This document shows positions 1 through 13,031 of a DNA stretch of 64,000 bases, one piece after another. The position numbers and the translations under genes are program-made. Positions within the stretch are counted from its first letter, which is position 1. Each line of letters starts with the position of its first letter. Under the pieces are notes generated by a model. The model had not been told where the DNA came from and searched no databases. It worked only from the letters and a program-made list of their open reading frames with translations. The stretch is from Octopus vulgaris (lineage: Eukaryota): positions 59,768,001 to 59,832,000 of the forward strand of contig OX597818.1 of the NCBI GenBank assembly GCA_951406725.2, written 5' to 3'.

Positions 1-240
1 TGTGTGTGTGTGTGTGTGTGTGTGTGTGTCTGTCTGTCTGTCTGTCTGTGTTTGTCCTCCCAGAATCGCTTGGCAACCGATGCTAGTGCGTTTACGTGCC
101 CGTAACCTAGCGGTTTGTTAAATGGGACCAACAGAATAACTACTAGGCTAACAAAGATTAAGGCCTGGGGTTGATTTGCTCGACTAAAGGCGGTGCTCCA
201 GCATTGCCGCTGTCAAATGACAGAAAGATATAAGGGAATA
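1..240 (+). mobile_element. SINE family C, 3' half
   Basis: (TG)n followed by the body and the tail GGCGGTGCTCCAGCAT...CAAATGAC, matching the full copy at 48442-48857. Confidence 0.85.
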
Positions 241-403
241 AACGAATATATAAATATATATTCACACATATACACACATATACATATGTATATATATATA
301 TATAAAATTGCAGCGTGGATGTTTATAAGCCATTTAAGAAACACACAAAAGCCGTTCGATTCATATAAGTGTAATTTGTCAAAATATTTTCGTCGCTAAA
401 ATA

Positions 404-450
<47 letters not shown>

Positions 451-509
451 AAGTATGCACAGATATATATGTGCGTGTGTGTGTGTGTGTGAAAGTAGTG
501 CATGTGTTT

Positions 510-690
510 CTCTCCCACTACAACTTTCCAACACGCTTTGGTTTGTTTACGTTCCCGTAACCTAGCTGTTTGGCGTAAGAACCCGATATAAAAGCCACGT
601 TTCGAAATATAAGTCCAGTGGGGGTCAACCTTCAAGACGGTACACCAGCATGGCCGCTGTCCAAAGACTGAAACAAGTAAAAAAAGAGAA
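510..690 (+). mobile_element. SINE family C, diverged 3' half
   Basis: Contains TTTACGTTCCCGTAACCTAGC...CCAGCATGGCCGCTGTCCAAAGACTGAAACAAGTAAAA. Confidence 0.7.
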
Positions 691-769
691 AAATAATTCG
701 TTGTGAGTATGCATATATTTCGCTTAATGTGTGTATGTACTCGCATACATTCACATCTATCGATTTATA

Positions 770-1158
770 CATATATGAACACATACATACATACCCACAA
801 ACATACATACATACATACATACACACATATATACATACATACATACATACATATATACATACACACATATATACATACATACAAACATACATACATAAAC
901 ACACATACATACATACATATATACATACACACATATATACATACATATATACATACATAAACACACATACATACATACATACATACACACATATATACAT
1001 ACATACATATATACATACACACATATATACATACATACATACTTACATATATACATACATACATATATACATACATACATATATGCATACATACATACAT
1101 ACATGCATACATACATACATACATACACGCACATATACATACATACATACATACATAA
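770..1158. repeat. (CATA)n-based compound microsatellite
   Basis: Seen directly; source of the HTYI/MYVC ORFs. Confidence 0.95.
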
Positions 1159-1397
1159 CAGAGAGAAGCGTCAAGCGATATTCTACACCTTTAATTGAAT
1201 TAGTGTATAGTAAATGATTTGGTGTAATGTCATTCGGATTGTTTTTGCTTCTGTTTGTCACTCTGATAGATTATGTGACTGCTGTGTGATTTCTAATATT
1301 ATCAGGAGAAACTAAAAATGCTGCAAACAATTTGTGAATCGGAATCATTTAAGTGTTTTGCTGATTTTCTTTTCTTTTCTATAAAAATTTATTTAAT

Positions 1398-1542
1398 TAT
1401 TTACATTATTTACATTTGACGGATATTTGTCCTCATCTTGTTTGTTGTTAACACAACGTTTCGGCTGATATACCCTTTAGCCTTCATCAGGTGTCTTGGG
1501 GAAATTTCGAACCTGGGTTCTCATTCCTAAGGTATTTTTCGA

Positions 1543-1543
<1 letters not shown>
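1398..1543 (-). mobile_element. Short HHR-bearing repeat, family D (Penelope pLTR/retrozyme-like)
   Basis: Near-identical to 37165-37318 and, inverted, to 37628-37745; abuts (AAT)n at 1544-1648. Confidence 0.8.
1450..1495 (-). ncRNA. Minimal type I hammerhead ribozyme motif
   Basis: Minus strand reads GACAC-CTGATGA-A-GGCT(loop)AGCC-GAAAC-GTT-GTGTT: intact core, stem I GACAC/GTGTT, stem II GGCT/AGCC, palindromic AACGTT stem III. Confidence 0.8.
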
Positions 1544-1615
<72 letters not shown>

Positions 1616-1647
1616 GTTGTTGTTGTTGTTGTTATTATTATTTTTAT

Positions 1648-1750
1648 TACGGGGACGTAAACCCACCAACACCGGTTGTCAAGCAATGGTGGGGGACAAA
1701 CATTGACACACAAATACATGCATATACACACACACACGCGCGCGCAAGCA

Positions 1751-1821
<71 letters not shown>

Positions 1822-1985
1822 GACGGATTTCTTTCGGTTTTCGTTTACAAAACCTACTGAGAAGGCTTTGGTCGGCCCTAGAAGTAGAAGACACTTGGCT
1901 AAGGTGCCACACAGCGGGATTGAAGCCGGAACCATGTGGTTGGGAAGCCGGAACCATGTGGGAAGCTACTTCCCACACAGCCACG
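1648..1985 (-). mobile_element. SINE family C (head and body), with a short internal duplication
   Basis: Reverse complement of GTGGCTGTGTGG...CCACATGGTTCCGG...GTGGCACCTT; GAAGCCGGAACCATGTGG occurs twice at about 1922-1960. Confidence 0.8.
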
Positions 1986-2333
1986 CTGTTTTGTAAGATT
2001 CGTATTTATGAAATTGTAACGTTCTTCGAATGTACATTCGCCGAAAGTCAATTCGCCGAAAAGACATTTACCACCAATTCACGAAACAATGAAAAGACAA
2101 AATATTCTTCAAAAGAATATTTTTTCAAAGAAATATGCAAAAACAAATGAAAATTTTTTCCTCTATTTTATCCATGTTTGAATCACTTCTCAAAGTATTC
2201 TCAAGAACTAATATTTAGAACCTCTTCGTATATAAATCAGAAGTTATAGATTATATAAAAATAATAGTGACGGAAGCAGCAGGAATACATAAAGCGACCT
2301 TTATACCGAACTTAACGTGAATGTAGTGTTAGA

Positions 2334-2719
2334 GTGGAAGCGCAACGGCCCAATGGTTAGCGCAGCGGACTCGCGGTCATAGGATCGCGGTTTCGATTCC
2401 CAGACCGGGCGTTGTGAGTGTTTATTGAGTGAAAACACCTAAAAGCTCCACGAGGCTCCGGCAGGGGATGGTGCTGATCCCTGCTGTACCCTTTCACCAC
2501 AACTTTCTCTCACTCTTACTTCCTGTTTCTGTTGTACCTGTATTTCAAAGGACCGGCCTTGTCACTCTCTGTGTCACGCTGAATATCTCCAAGAACTACG
2601 TTAAGGGTACACGTGTCTCTGGAGTGCTCAGCCACTTACACGTTAATTTCACGAGCAGGCTGTTCCGTTGATTCGGATCAACCGGAACCCTCGTCGTCGT
2701 AACCGACGGAGTGCTTCAA
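2334..2719 (+). mobile_element. SINE family B, full length (tRNA head, RTE-like tail)
   Basis: A-box-like GGCCCAATGG, B box GTTTCGATTCC; 10-bp TSD TAGTGTTAGA at 2324-2333 and 2720-2729. Confidence 0.92.
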
Positions 2720-3244
2720 TAGTGTTAGAAAGTCGAATACTGCGTAATTCACCACGGAATGTCATTTGTTGTGGACGCACGCTCCTTAAGAGCACAAACA
2801 TATATCGCAGCAGACGAGAAATGTCTTGGATGGGAGTCTGAATTATCGGATCACCGGACTTCAGCATACTGGGCTTCTTCAGTGGTAGGTGTCCGGTCAG
2901 CATACACGCCAAATATCACTGCCAAAGACGTACAGAGTAACTGTCTTTTTAGGCACTGATTTTTGGAAATATCCAGCATGGTTATAAAAAATAGATATTG
3001 GCAACAGGTGCAGTATTAATAGCTGAGACTTTAAGCACAGTACTTCTGTATGATCTCTCATGCCATATACCACAGTATACAGTGTTCTATCAATACATTC
3101 ACGTTAAGTTGTATTATTAAGATAATATTTAATATACAGAATTTGATATAGAGTTCAAGAAGGTATATGTAATGAATCGCAAAATATAAATATTCACATC
3201 AAAAATTGCTCGTATTCTCCAGGAAGACATGATGGACGCATACC

Positions 3245-3460
3245 TATTTCTTTACTATCCACAAGGGGCGAAACATAGAGGGGACAAAGAAGTATAGACA
3301 CAGGGATTAAGTCGATTACATCGAATCCAGTGCCTGACTGGTACTTAATTTATCGACCCCGAAAGGATGAAAGGCAAAGTCGACCTCGGCGGAATTTGAA
3401 CTCAGAACGTAACGGCTGACGAAATACGGCTACGCATTTCGCCCGGCGTGATAACGTTTC
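3245..3460 (-). mobile_element. SINE family A monomer
   Basis: B box GAGTTCAAATTCC and core GACTTTGCCTTTCATCCTTTCGGGGTCGATAAA; TSD TGGAC(G/A)CATACC at 3233-3244 and 3461-3472. Confidence 0.88.
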
Positions 3461-4452
3461 TGGACACATACCAATGAACTGAAGTCGACCACTGAAATAT
3501 AAAGCAAGTATCAATATGTATTGTTTTATTGCAATTGTTTACTTATGTTATAAATAATTGTTAAAATTGCAATTAATGGCATCTATAATCGATGGAACGA
3601 AACAATCCTTTTTCACTGATTTCGGTTTCTTTAGCATCCGCGATCAAATCTCACGAAGGATATGTGATCTGCCGTGGGTCAATATCATAAATAATATTGA
3701 AAATATTACGTAGATCTAATCGCCTATACTTCACCCGAAAATGTCAATTTTATGAATTATTATTAGCACCAAAACAGATAATTCAAATGTTTATTGTGGC
3801 GGGCTGTGTATACCACAAACACATACGGACGCATTCCCAAAACACATAACTGACATATTTTTCATTTTAAAATGTTATCATATTAATTTCACAATTATTT
3901 GTTTTTCAAACGTTTGTCAAGATTAATTTGCGATGTCTTTCTTGTGACAGTTAATGTCTGATTAACTGTTCACTATATAACCCGAATATGAATTGAAAAT
4001 GTATTTCCTTTTACAAATTACTTGTTCTTATCATTAAAAGCAAATATTTGCAATTAATTTTCTATCCAATTTTATGTGTTTTATAAAAAGAATGATTTTT
4101 GCAAGAAAATATTTTGATGACTATAACTTTGGATACATTTCCTGTTGATTAGAGCATTTTCGATCACTTTATCATTCAGTCAATAACTATTTCGATATAG
4201 ACTGCGTTTTTGTCAACTGTTCTCAGTGAAATAGACGTGTACACACAGGTACATAAGTTAATACACATGAACATATATATATGTGTTTGTGTGTGTGCGT
4301 GTGTGTGTTTGTATGTATATAACATTAATAATGACAAGGAGAATGGAAAATGTTCACATCCATTGACCTCATCTAACAGTTATTTACAGTATACTTTCCG
4401 GACCTACGCGTGTTTCAACTTCAGCGATTGCACATCGTTATATTTATTTATA

Positions 4453-4517
<65 letters not shown>

Positions 4518-4690
4518 CAAAGTGGAGTTGTGGGGTACCAAAGACTGTATATATGTAATGTAGTAATTTGTAACAACCAATAATTAACGCAACCAAACTT
4601 CTACATGTTACTTTTGACAATCTTTTTCCAAGGAGTGAAACCGGTAACGTAAATAAACATCTTTTAAATTGCATTTTCAAACCTTTTTCG

Positions 4691-4724
<34 letters not shown>

Positions 4725-4756
4725 TATGTATGTATGTATATGTATGTATATAATAA

Positions 4757-4869
4757 TAAGAAGAAAAAAAGAGGAGGAGGAGGAGGAAGAAGAAGAAGAA
4801 GAAGAAGAAGAAGAAGAAGAAGAAGAAGAAGAAGAAGAAGAAGAAGAAGAAGAAGAAGAAGAAGAAGAA
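4757..4869. repeat. (GAG)n(GAA)n microsatellite
   Basis: Seen directly. Confidence 0.95.
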
Positions 4870-4989
4870 ATGCCCTGATGCAGTGCCAGGCAGTGGCTCT
4901 CGTGGCTTCTGATCTTAACTGATTGGAAGTGTTATCATGTACCTTGTTTTGTCTTGTACATGCACACATATATATATATATATACATTC

Positions 4990-5671
4990 AAGCGGATTAC
5001 TAACTGTCACTTTGAAACAGATGCGATTGTAATCCAGGCACATGAAGTATCAACCAAAATACCCGATGCACAAAAGGGATGGAGATGCAGGAAAAACACC
5101 AGAATGTGAGAACTGATGCAGATTTGTAGAGATTGCGCCGACGATATCAACCACGTCATAAGCAGTTGTCCAAAATTGTCATTGCTGTATTATTTACGGA
5201 TGAGACATGATGTTATAGCCAAAACACTATAATTTGATTCGTCGGAAGGACAACCTCGAGGCCAAAGAAATAAGAACTTCTGTATGGTAGAGGCTATAGA
5301 CTTGCATAACATGAAAAAGTAATGGTTGAATGTCTCCGTCTATACCTGAATAAAATGCAACCATAATAGGCTAGACATAGTTATTTGGGATAAAAGAAGG
5401 GAAACTGTACAATTGTAGAAATGAACAGTTGAGCAGATGTTAACATAAAGATCAGCAAAGAAAAGAGCTACGAAGAATTACTGAGACTGTTACAATTACT
5501 CTACTTGGATTAAAAGTTCAAGTTTATATGTTTAAGTATTGGGATACTATGTTGTGTAACAAACTACCTGGAGACCAATCTTACGAAATTAGGTTTCTCA
5601 AAACCAGAAAGAAGAAAACAGATTCAAGCCATGAACGAAACTGTTAAAATTTGTAAAACTTTCAAGAAGTA

Positions 5672-5673
<2 letters not shown>
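4990..5673 (+). mobile_element. Decayed R4/Dong-type non-LTR retrotransposon, C-terminus (zinc knuckle plus restriction-like endonuclease)
   Basis: Frameshifted translation gives CRF..DDINHVI..CPK, RHDVIAKTLYNLIRRK, CNHNRLDIVIWDK and TVKICKTF; ends in (GATA)n. Confidence 0.75.
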
Positions 5674-5816
<143 letters not shown>

Positions 5817-5842
5817 CATGCATACATACATACACAGAAATG

Positions 5843-5891
<49 letters not shown>

Positions 5892-6596
5892 CATGTACAT
5901 GTGTGGTGATGTACGTGTGAATTTCTACATCGAATTTAAACAATTTCCTGAATATAAGGCACCGAATGCTAAACAAAAGTGTGGTTCCATCGGTAACAAG
6001 CGTAATTGGAGTCGAAACAAATAGAATAAACAGTAAAAACTTGTTTTATGTAGCAATGAAAAATATAATTGTACAATTGGTCTGTAAACGGAGAAAAGAT
6101 GAATAATGTGAAAGAAAAAAGCGGAAGACTGCAAAACTCCGAGACTACAGCACCTGCGCATTGTTAGAGACTTCGACTGTAATATTTCAAGTTTGAATTT
6201 CTAAATTTCGTTTTTATGTCGCGCTCTGAACATTTCAATACTTCGATGTATAATTAGATACGCTCACAGACGGACACGCTGACACACTCAGACAGACATA
6301 CATATAAGTAACTACGTATGTATGCATGCGTGCATTTGCATAAATGTGCTTGTATACATATGTAAATGCGTATCAATATATCAATATATATATAAACATA
6401 TATGCATGTGTTAGTATGCATATATATAAAGATATATGCATACAAAGTTGGATAAATAGATAAATGGATGGAAATACGGAAATACGTATACACACACACA
6501 CACACATATACATATAATATAAACGCACACATTCATGCATAGTTATAGATGTAGATGCACATACATACATACATACATACATACATATTTACATAC

Positions 6597-6672
<76 letters not shown>

Positions 6673-6758
6673 CTTGATAGCTAGCTAGCTAGATAGATTG
6701 ATAGATATATAGATAGATAGATAGAAATATAAATAGATAGATAGAAGTATGCATACAT

Positions 6759-6792
<34 letters not shown>

Positions 6793-6853
6793 GTATGTAT
6801 GTATGTGTGTGTAACCATATATATTTTGATTAATAGATCTATGTATATGTATT

Positions 6854-6924
<71 letters not shown>

Positions 6925-7258
6925 GTATATATATTTAGGTCTGCACACACACTTGTGTCTGTATCTGTTGTTTGTCTTTGTGTAACTCAACAGAAAAGTT
7001 TGGAACTTTTATAATGGCTCCTGCCATTATAACGCTTGTTTATTGTCTTTATATTTGTTTGCATGATCTTATATATGTCCGTTTGTGCGTATACAGATCG
7101 ACATATAGATTGAGTACACACTTACAGTCACATGCATATACATGGGTATATCAAAATATTCTTATATTTGTATATATGATATAGAATTTTCACACATCGA
7201 CACATAAATATTTACATTCACATATATGTGTTTTTGTGTTTGTATATATGTACGTATG

Positions 7259-7292
<34 letters not shown>

Positions 7293-7338
7293 CATACACA
7301 CACATATACATATATGCATACATACATACATGTATATG

Positions 7339-7413
<75 letters not shown>

Positions 7414-7799
7414 ATTTATGTATGTATGTATGTATTTAATCTCTATATATTACACTGCGTAGTATAAAGTTTTAGAACTCTCGTGCAAAACAAACGAAAG
7501 AAAAATGAAATAACAACGTGCAGCAATTTTCCTTCTCAAGATATATCTCATTTCTCTATATTACCAAATGTGTAAATATATATTACCTCTTTTTTTTTCT
7601 TTTTTAGATTTTCGCATATATATCAAATTTTGCCTGCTGTTGATAATGTAACTGCAATGCTAATGATTATCTTGTTTTCAGGAGCATAAGGCCGCATACG
7701 TCGTCTCATCTCTATATATTCTTAGATATTTTTTCTCGACTTTTGTGACTCTTCTATTGCGCAGAAAATTTGAGTTTTAACATTACCACACCTTCGAAT

Positions 7800-8012
7800 G
7801 CCGGAATCTGGCAAAAGCGTTAACACGCCGGGCAAAATGCAAAGCGCCATTTCATCCGACCTTAAATACTCTTCAAATTCTGCAGCTTTCAACTTTTCCT
7901 TTCATCCTTTCGTTGTCGACAAAATAAATAAAAATCTGAGCATTAGGGTCGATGCTATCGGTTAAATCCTCTCCCTAAAACTGGCTGGCCTGTGCAAAAA
8001 TTTGAAACCAAT
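7800..8012 (+). mobile_element. SINE family A, old diverged copy
   Basis: CTGGCAAAAGCGTTAACACGCCGGGC head and CCTTTCATCCTTTCG core. Confidence 0.65.
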
Positions 8013-8244
8013 ATTTCCTCATTCTCTTATTCAGAGATGGGCCCATTTGCAATTCTTCCATCACCTCTGAAATCTGATATACTATCATAGATGATGACTC
8101 ATTATATTCATACAGGTGTGGGGTACAAATGAAGGTATACAGTTGCTTAATATAAGTGGAGTGTGTTAAATTCCAGCCGTATGATACATACCATAAATTA
8201 AGAATAATTTTGTTATGGAATGAACTAGTTAAAGGGAATATAGA

Positions 8245-8471
8245 ATATATGCACAAAGTAGGGATTTTTAAATCAAAGCTGGACCTCTTCCTGTCGAGAG
8301 TCCCAGATGAACCTACCTCACGGCAAGTGGTGCTAATGAGGGTAGCTATATCAAACTCCATTCTTCACCAAGTGCCTCATATTAGAGGAGGCTCTTCGTA
8401 ATAACATTGTTGCACAAAACGGCGGTGCATCAGCATGGCCGCAGCTCTGAGCTGAAACTAGAAAAAAAAAA
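8245..8471 (+). mobile_element. CR1-group LINE 3' end
   Basis: VGIFKSKLDLFLSRVPDEP is homologous to 52833-53128; same 3' tail GGCGGTGC..CAGCATGGCC followed by an A-rich end. Confidence 0.75.
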
Positions 8472-8580
8472 CCCATAAATTCTTATCCTCGGAAGGAAAC
8501 CGGGAAATGAAAAGAACATTCCGCTCATAATAATCAACTATACACCTGTTTTTGCCCACACCTACACGCACACACACATT

Positions 8581-8660
<80 letters not shown>

Positions 8661-8667
<7 letters not shown>

Positions 8668-9200
8668 ATATTTCGGAATGGTCATATTGCCAGTTTAGCA
8701 ATAAAAACACACGCACTATATATTTGGTGTTATTTTGCTTCAGTGTTATTTATTTTTACATTAAACTTAATCTTATTCGGCCAGAGTTCTTTCGTCACAC
8801 TCCTGTGACCGCATCAGGGGTCATTTGTTTTCTTCTTTCTTATTTGTGTCTCTCCTTACTAACCGTCAGCCATTTTGTATTTATATTGTATGTCTTCATT
8901 TGCGCATGCTTATATCTCTATGTGCGTTTATGTTTATTTAGTGTGTGTATGTGGGGGATGCCTGTAATATGTGTATCTTCTGTTTATATATGTAATTTGT
9001 ATTTTGTTTTTTGTTTTTGTTGTTTTTGTTTATTCTTATTTTGTTCATGTGTTTACATCCACTTATTATTATCATTAAATATGCTTGTATGTATGTATAA
9101 TCGAATCGAAAAAAAATATATATATATTCTTTTTTTCGATTCGATTAATTATTATTATTACTAGTATTGTTGTTATACATACATACATACAAGCATATGT
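8661..9200 (-). mobile_element. Solo copy of the Penelope-like element 3' region/pseudo-LTR
   Basis: High identity to 31085-31450, including the HHR-like motif at 8779-8822. Confidence 0.8.
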
Positions 9201-9529
9201 AATGATAATAATGGAAGTTGTTCTCATATATATATATATATACTTATATCAAACAATATTGAATAGAAGGTATATTTATGAACAGAGACTTTCGATAAAA
9301 AGAGAATTTAATATTTATATTCATATTATGTCATCAGTATAGAATATTTGCAGCACACTTTTGTCAAAACCATAAAAAATATTATATAAAGATATTTTAA
9401 ATAAAACTATCTTTCTGCAAAATATTACAAGACATTGTAATCTCTGATTTCAGCATTTCAGACTTGGATTTCAGTCACTTGGATTCGGCTTTGTCACTTT
9501 CGCACAAACAAACCACAAACAAATAGACA

Positions 9530-9571
9530 TGTGTATATCCATACATAATACACAAACATATATGTGTGAGA

Positions 9572-9605
<34 letters not shown>

Positions 9606-9716
9606 GTGTATGTATGTGTATGTGTGTGTGTGTGTATGTATGTATGTATATGTATGTATGTATGTGTATGTGTGTGTGTATGTATGTGTATGTATGTGTA
9701 TATATGTGTGTGTGTA

Positions 9717-9781
<65 letters not shown>

Positions 9782-10322
9782 ACGCTCGTGTGTTTACGTA
9801 TATGTAAGTATGTAGAGTTATGTGTATGTGCATGCATGTATGTATATATACATATGTGTAGATAGGTATATACGTGTATGCTTATATGTTTGTTTCCGTC
9901 TGTACAAAGGGTAACTGCATGTGTATATATATCTATTATTTATTATTCATTATTTATTACATGAGTATGCGTTTGTATGCATGTATGTATTTATGTATAT
10001 AAGGAGGCGCGTGAGTGTGTGTATGTGTATGTGTGTGTATAAACATATGTATACATTTATGCATGTATGTTCTTGTGTGTATATATGTGTATGTATGTAT
10101 ATATATATATGTGTATATATGCACATATGTATGTATATGTGTATATATATTTATGTATATATGTGTTTATATATGTGTATGTGTGTGTATGTGTATGTGT
10201 GTATATATATATATGTGTAAAAATGTGTGTGTAAATGTATATATATATATATATGTGTGTGTATGTCTGTGTATATGTGTATGTGTGTATGTGTATATGG
10301 ATATGTATATGTATGCATATAT

Positions 10323-10367
<45 letters not shown>

Positions 10368-10548
10368 TATATATATATATATGTATGTATATATATATAT
10401 ATATGTACGCTTGTGTGTTTATGTATATGTAGGTATGTAGAGTTATGTGTGTATGTATGTATGTATATATACATATGTGTAAATAGGTATATATGGGTAT
10501 GTTTATATGTAGGTATCCGTTTGTAAAATGGGTAACTGCATGTATATA

Positions 10549-10619
<71 letters not shown>

Positions 10620-11590
10620 TGAGTATGCATGTATGTATATATGTATATGCCTGTATGTATGCATGTTTTTATGAACATAAGGAGGCGCGTGTGTGTGTGG
10701 ATGTGTATGCATATGTAAGGACATATGTATACATTTATGCATGTATGTACTTATGTGTATATATAGATGCGCGCGTTTGTGTGTGTGTGTACGCATGTAT
10801 GTACCTATGTATATGTATATATATTTTTTTTTCATAAAGCTTCCCGTTATATATATATATATATATGTGTGTATGTGTGTATGTGTATATATGTATGAAT
10901 GCATATGTGTATGTATATGTATATGAATATATATGTATATATTTATATATATGTATATGTGTATGTATATGTATGTATGTGTATGTATGTGTATATGTAT
11001 ATGTGTATATATATTAATTAGTGTATATGTATGGACTAGTCTTCTGTGGGTGTGTTGAGGTATGTATGTGTATGCGTGTATGTGAATATACGTGAACGTA
11101 TGTAGATGAAGGCGTGTATGAATATAACTCGTGCGTGTGTGTACGTGTGATTGTGTGGGCGTGAGTGAGTGCTTGCGTTCGTACCAGTAAGTAGATAGAT
11201 AAACGGAATCTTTAGAGATCCCTTGGGACAGGCTGACCGGTCAAGATAAAAATAAAGATATAAACAAAAGTAGTTAATAAAATTAAAATAAGAGAATAAA
11301 AATGTGTGTGTATGTGCGTGCATGTATATGCATTTGTATATATATGTGCGAGTGGGTATACATATATGTATGTATATGTATGTATGTGTGTATATGTGTG
11401 TATGTACATAGGTATGTGTAGATATATGTAGGTATATGTATATGTGTATATATATATATGTATATGTATGTGTACGTATGTATGTATATATGTATATGTA
11501 TGTATATGTGGGTATGTATGTATATGTATAGATATATGTGAATATGCGGGTGTGTATATGTGTATATAAATATATATATGTAGATGTACA
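9530..11590. repeat. Long (TA/TG/TATG) low-complexity block containing an internal duplication
   Basis: Seen directly; 9778-10020 is repeated at 10404-10700. Confidence 0.9.
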
Positions 11591-11815
11591 AGTGAGTCTC
11601 CCCACTTACCTAAAACTCTATTTTTTATTTTTTTTATTTTTTTATTTTATTTTTTTATTCTTTTATTTATTCTTTTATCTACTTTACCACTGATTCCTTT
11701 GACCACTCAGCTAATAATGACAGTTTTGCGCCATGCCTACCCCCAAAAAAGTCCCCCACCACCACCCATTTAAACCTGCCTAAATGTATAAATGCCAAAA
11801 CAATTCTTGTCTACT

Positions 11816-11866
11816 AGCTTCCTGATGATTTCTTTTGAATGAAACAGTTCTAGTCCTGTAGAAGCT
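11816..11866 (+). ncRNA. Near-canonical type I hammerhead ribozyme
   Basis: AGCTTC-CTGATGA-TTTC TTTT GAAT-GAAA-CAG TTCTAGTC CTG-TA-GAAGCT: 6-bp stem I, 4-bp stem III, GUA cleavage triplet; stem II is weak (U.U closing pair). Confidence 0.8.
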
Positions 11867-11880
11867 CCTTCTATAAAATA

Positions 11881-11917
<37 letters not shown>

Positions 11918-12590
11918 CGTATTCGTTTTCAGGGGTGGGGGCCTCCTATTTACGGAGCAATGTCTCTATATGCAAATATACTTATCACATAAAAAAAAAG
12001 GAATGCTTAGTACAAACAACGAAATATAACAAAAAATACCAAATTTGTATATCATCTAAGCACTGAAACACCCCGTGAATTCCGGTGTATATCGATTTAT
12101 TTATTCATTAAATTAAGTGCAACAAAGAAACGAATAACATTCTGTAAACAATCACAATTTCGCTCTAATATGTCAGAATGCTCTTCTTTTTTTTTCTCTC
12201 GGTTGAAGGAAGTGATTAAGCCTTAATGTCATATACCAATTAGTAAAGAATTAGTCATTAGCATAATTATTTATTATATAAAGTAATCTTGATTGTTATT
12301 TTTTTGTGTGTGTATTTTATTGTTTCTTCTTTAATCCGTGAATATGTATAATTGATATATTAAGTGCCATTATTTTAATCACAATTGTACAATAAAAAAA
12401 TAACTGGGACATATTGACGCTTTGTATCGCATCCATATGTTCGACGATCGTTTATATATTTCCCTGTGTATGTATGTATGTTTGTATGTATGTATGTATG
12501 TTTGTATGTATGTATGTATGTATATATATATACATATATATATTTATATATATGCATATATATATATATACATATATATATATACATGTA

Positions 12591-12694
<104 letters not shown>

Positions 12695-13031
12695 GTGTGT
12701 GTGTTTATAGTGTAAACAGACTTAGCGCTTATAATAACCGACTGAAAATGTACGTATGTATAGATTGATGTCATAAAATTTGAGAACGTGAAATAATTAC
12801 CTTTGGAACAACCGATCTCTAAGCACATAAAACTATAATAATACTATGGAATGTTTATTCGAAAAGTACTTTTAGACAGAAAAAAATGAAGGCTGCCTTT
12901 GGGATACATCTTCGAGTTTTTCTAGCCTAAAGGATGTTTTCAACGGAATACTAACATGCTGTTATGTATTGCCTTATATGGATATAATCACTGTTCCAAA
13001 TAAAGAATTATATATATAAACATATATATTT

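Noticed and set aside
632-1217. Long overlapping ORFs (MYVC/HTYI/IYIY repeats), here and throughout
   Set aside because: Translations of stop-free microsatellites, open in several frames on both strands.
2334-2410. tRNA gene-like A and B boxes
   Set aside because: SINE heads embedded in longer TSD-flanked repeats; no clean cloverleaf or terminator.
2429-2671. Recurrent 60-90 aa ORFs ending HLHVNFTSRLFR
   Set aside because: Incidental frames in SINE-B; they vary with indels between copies.
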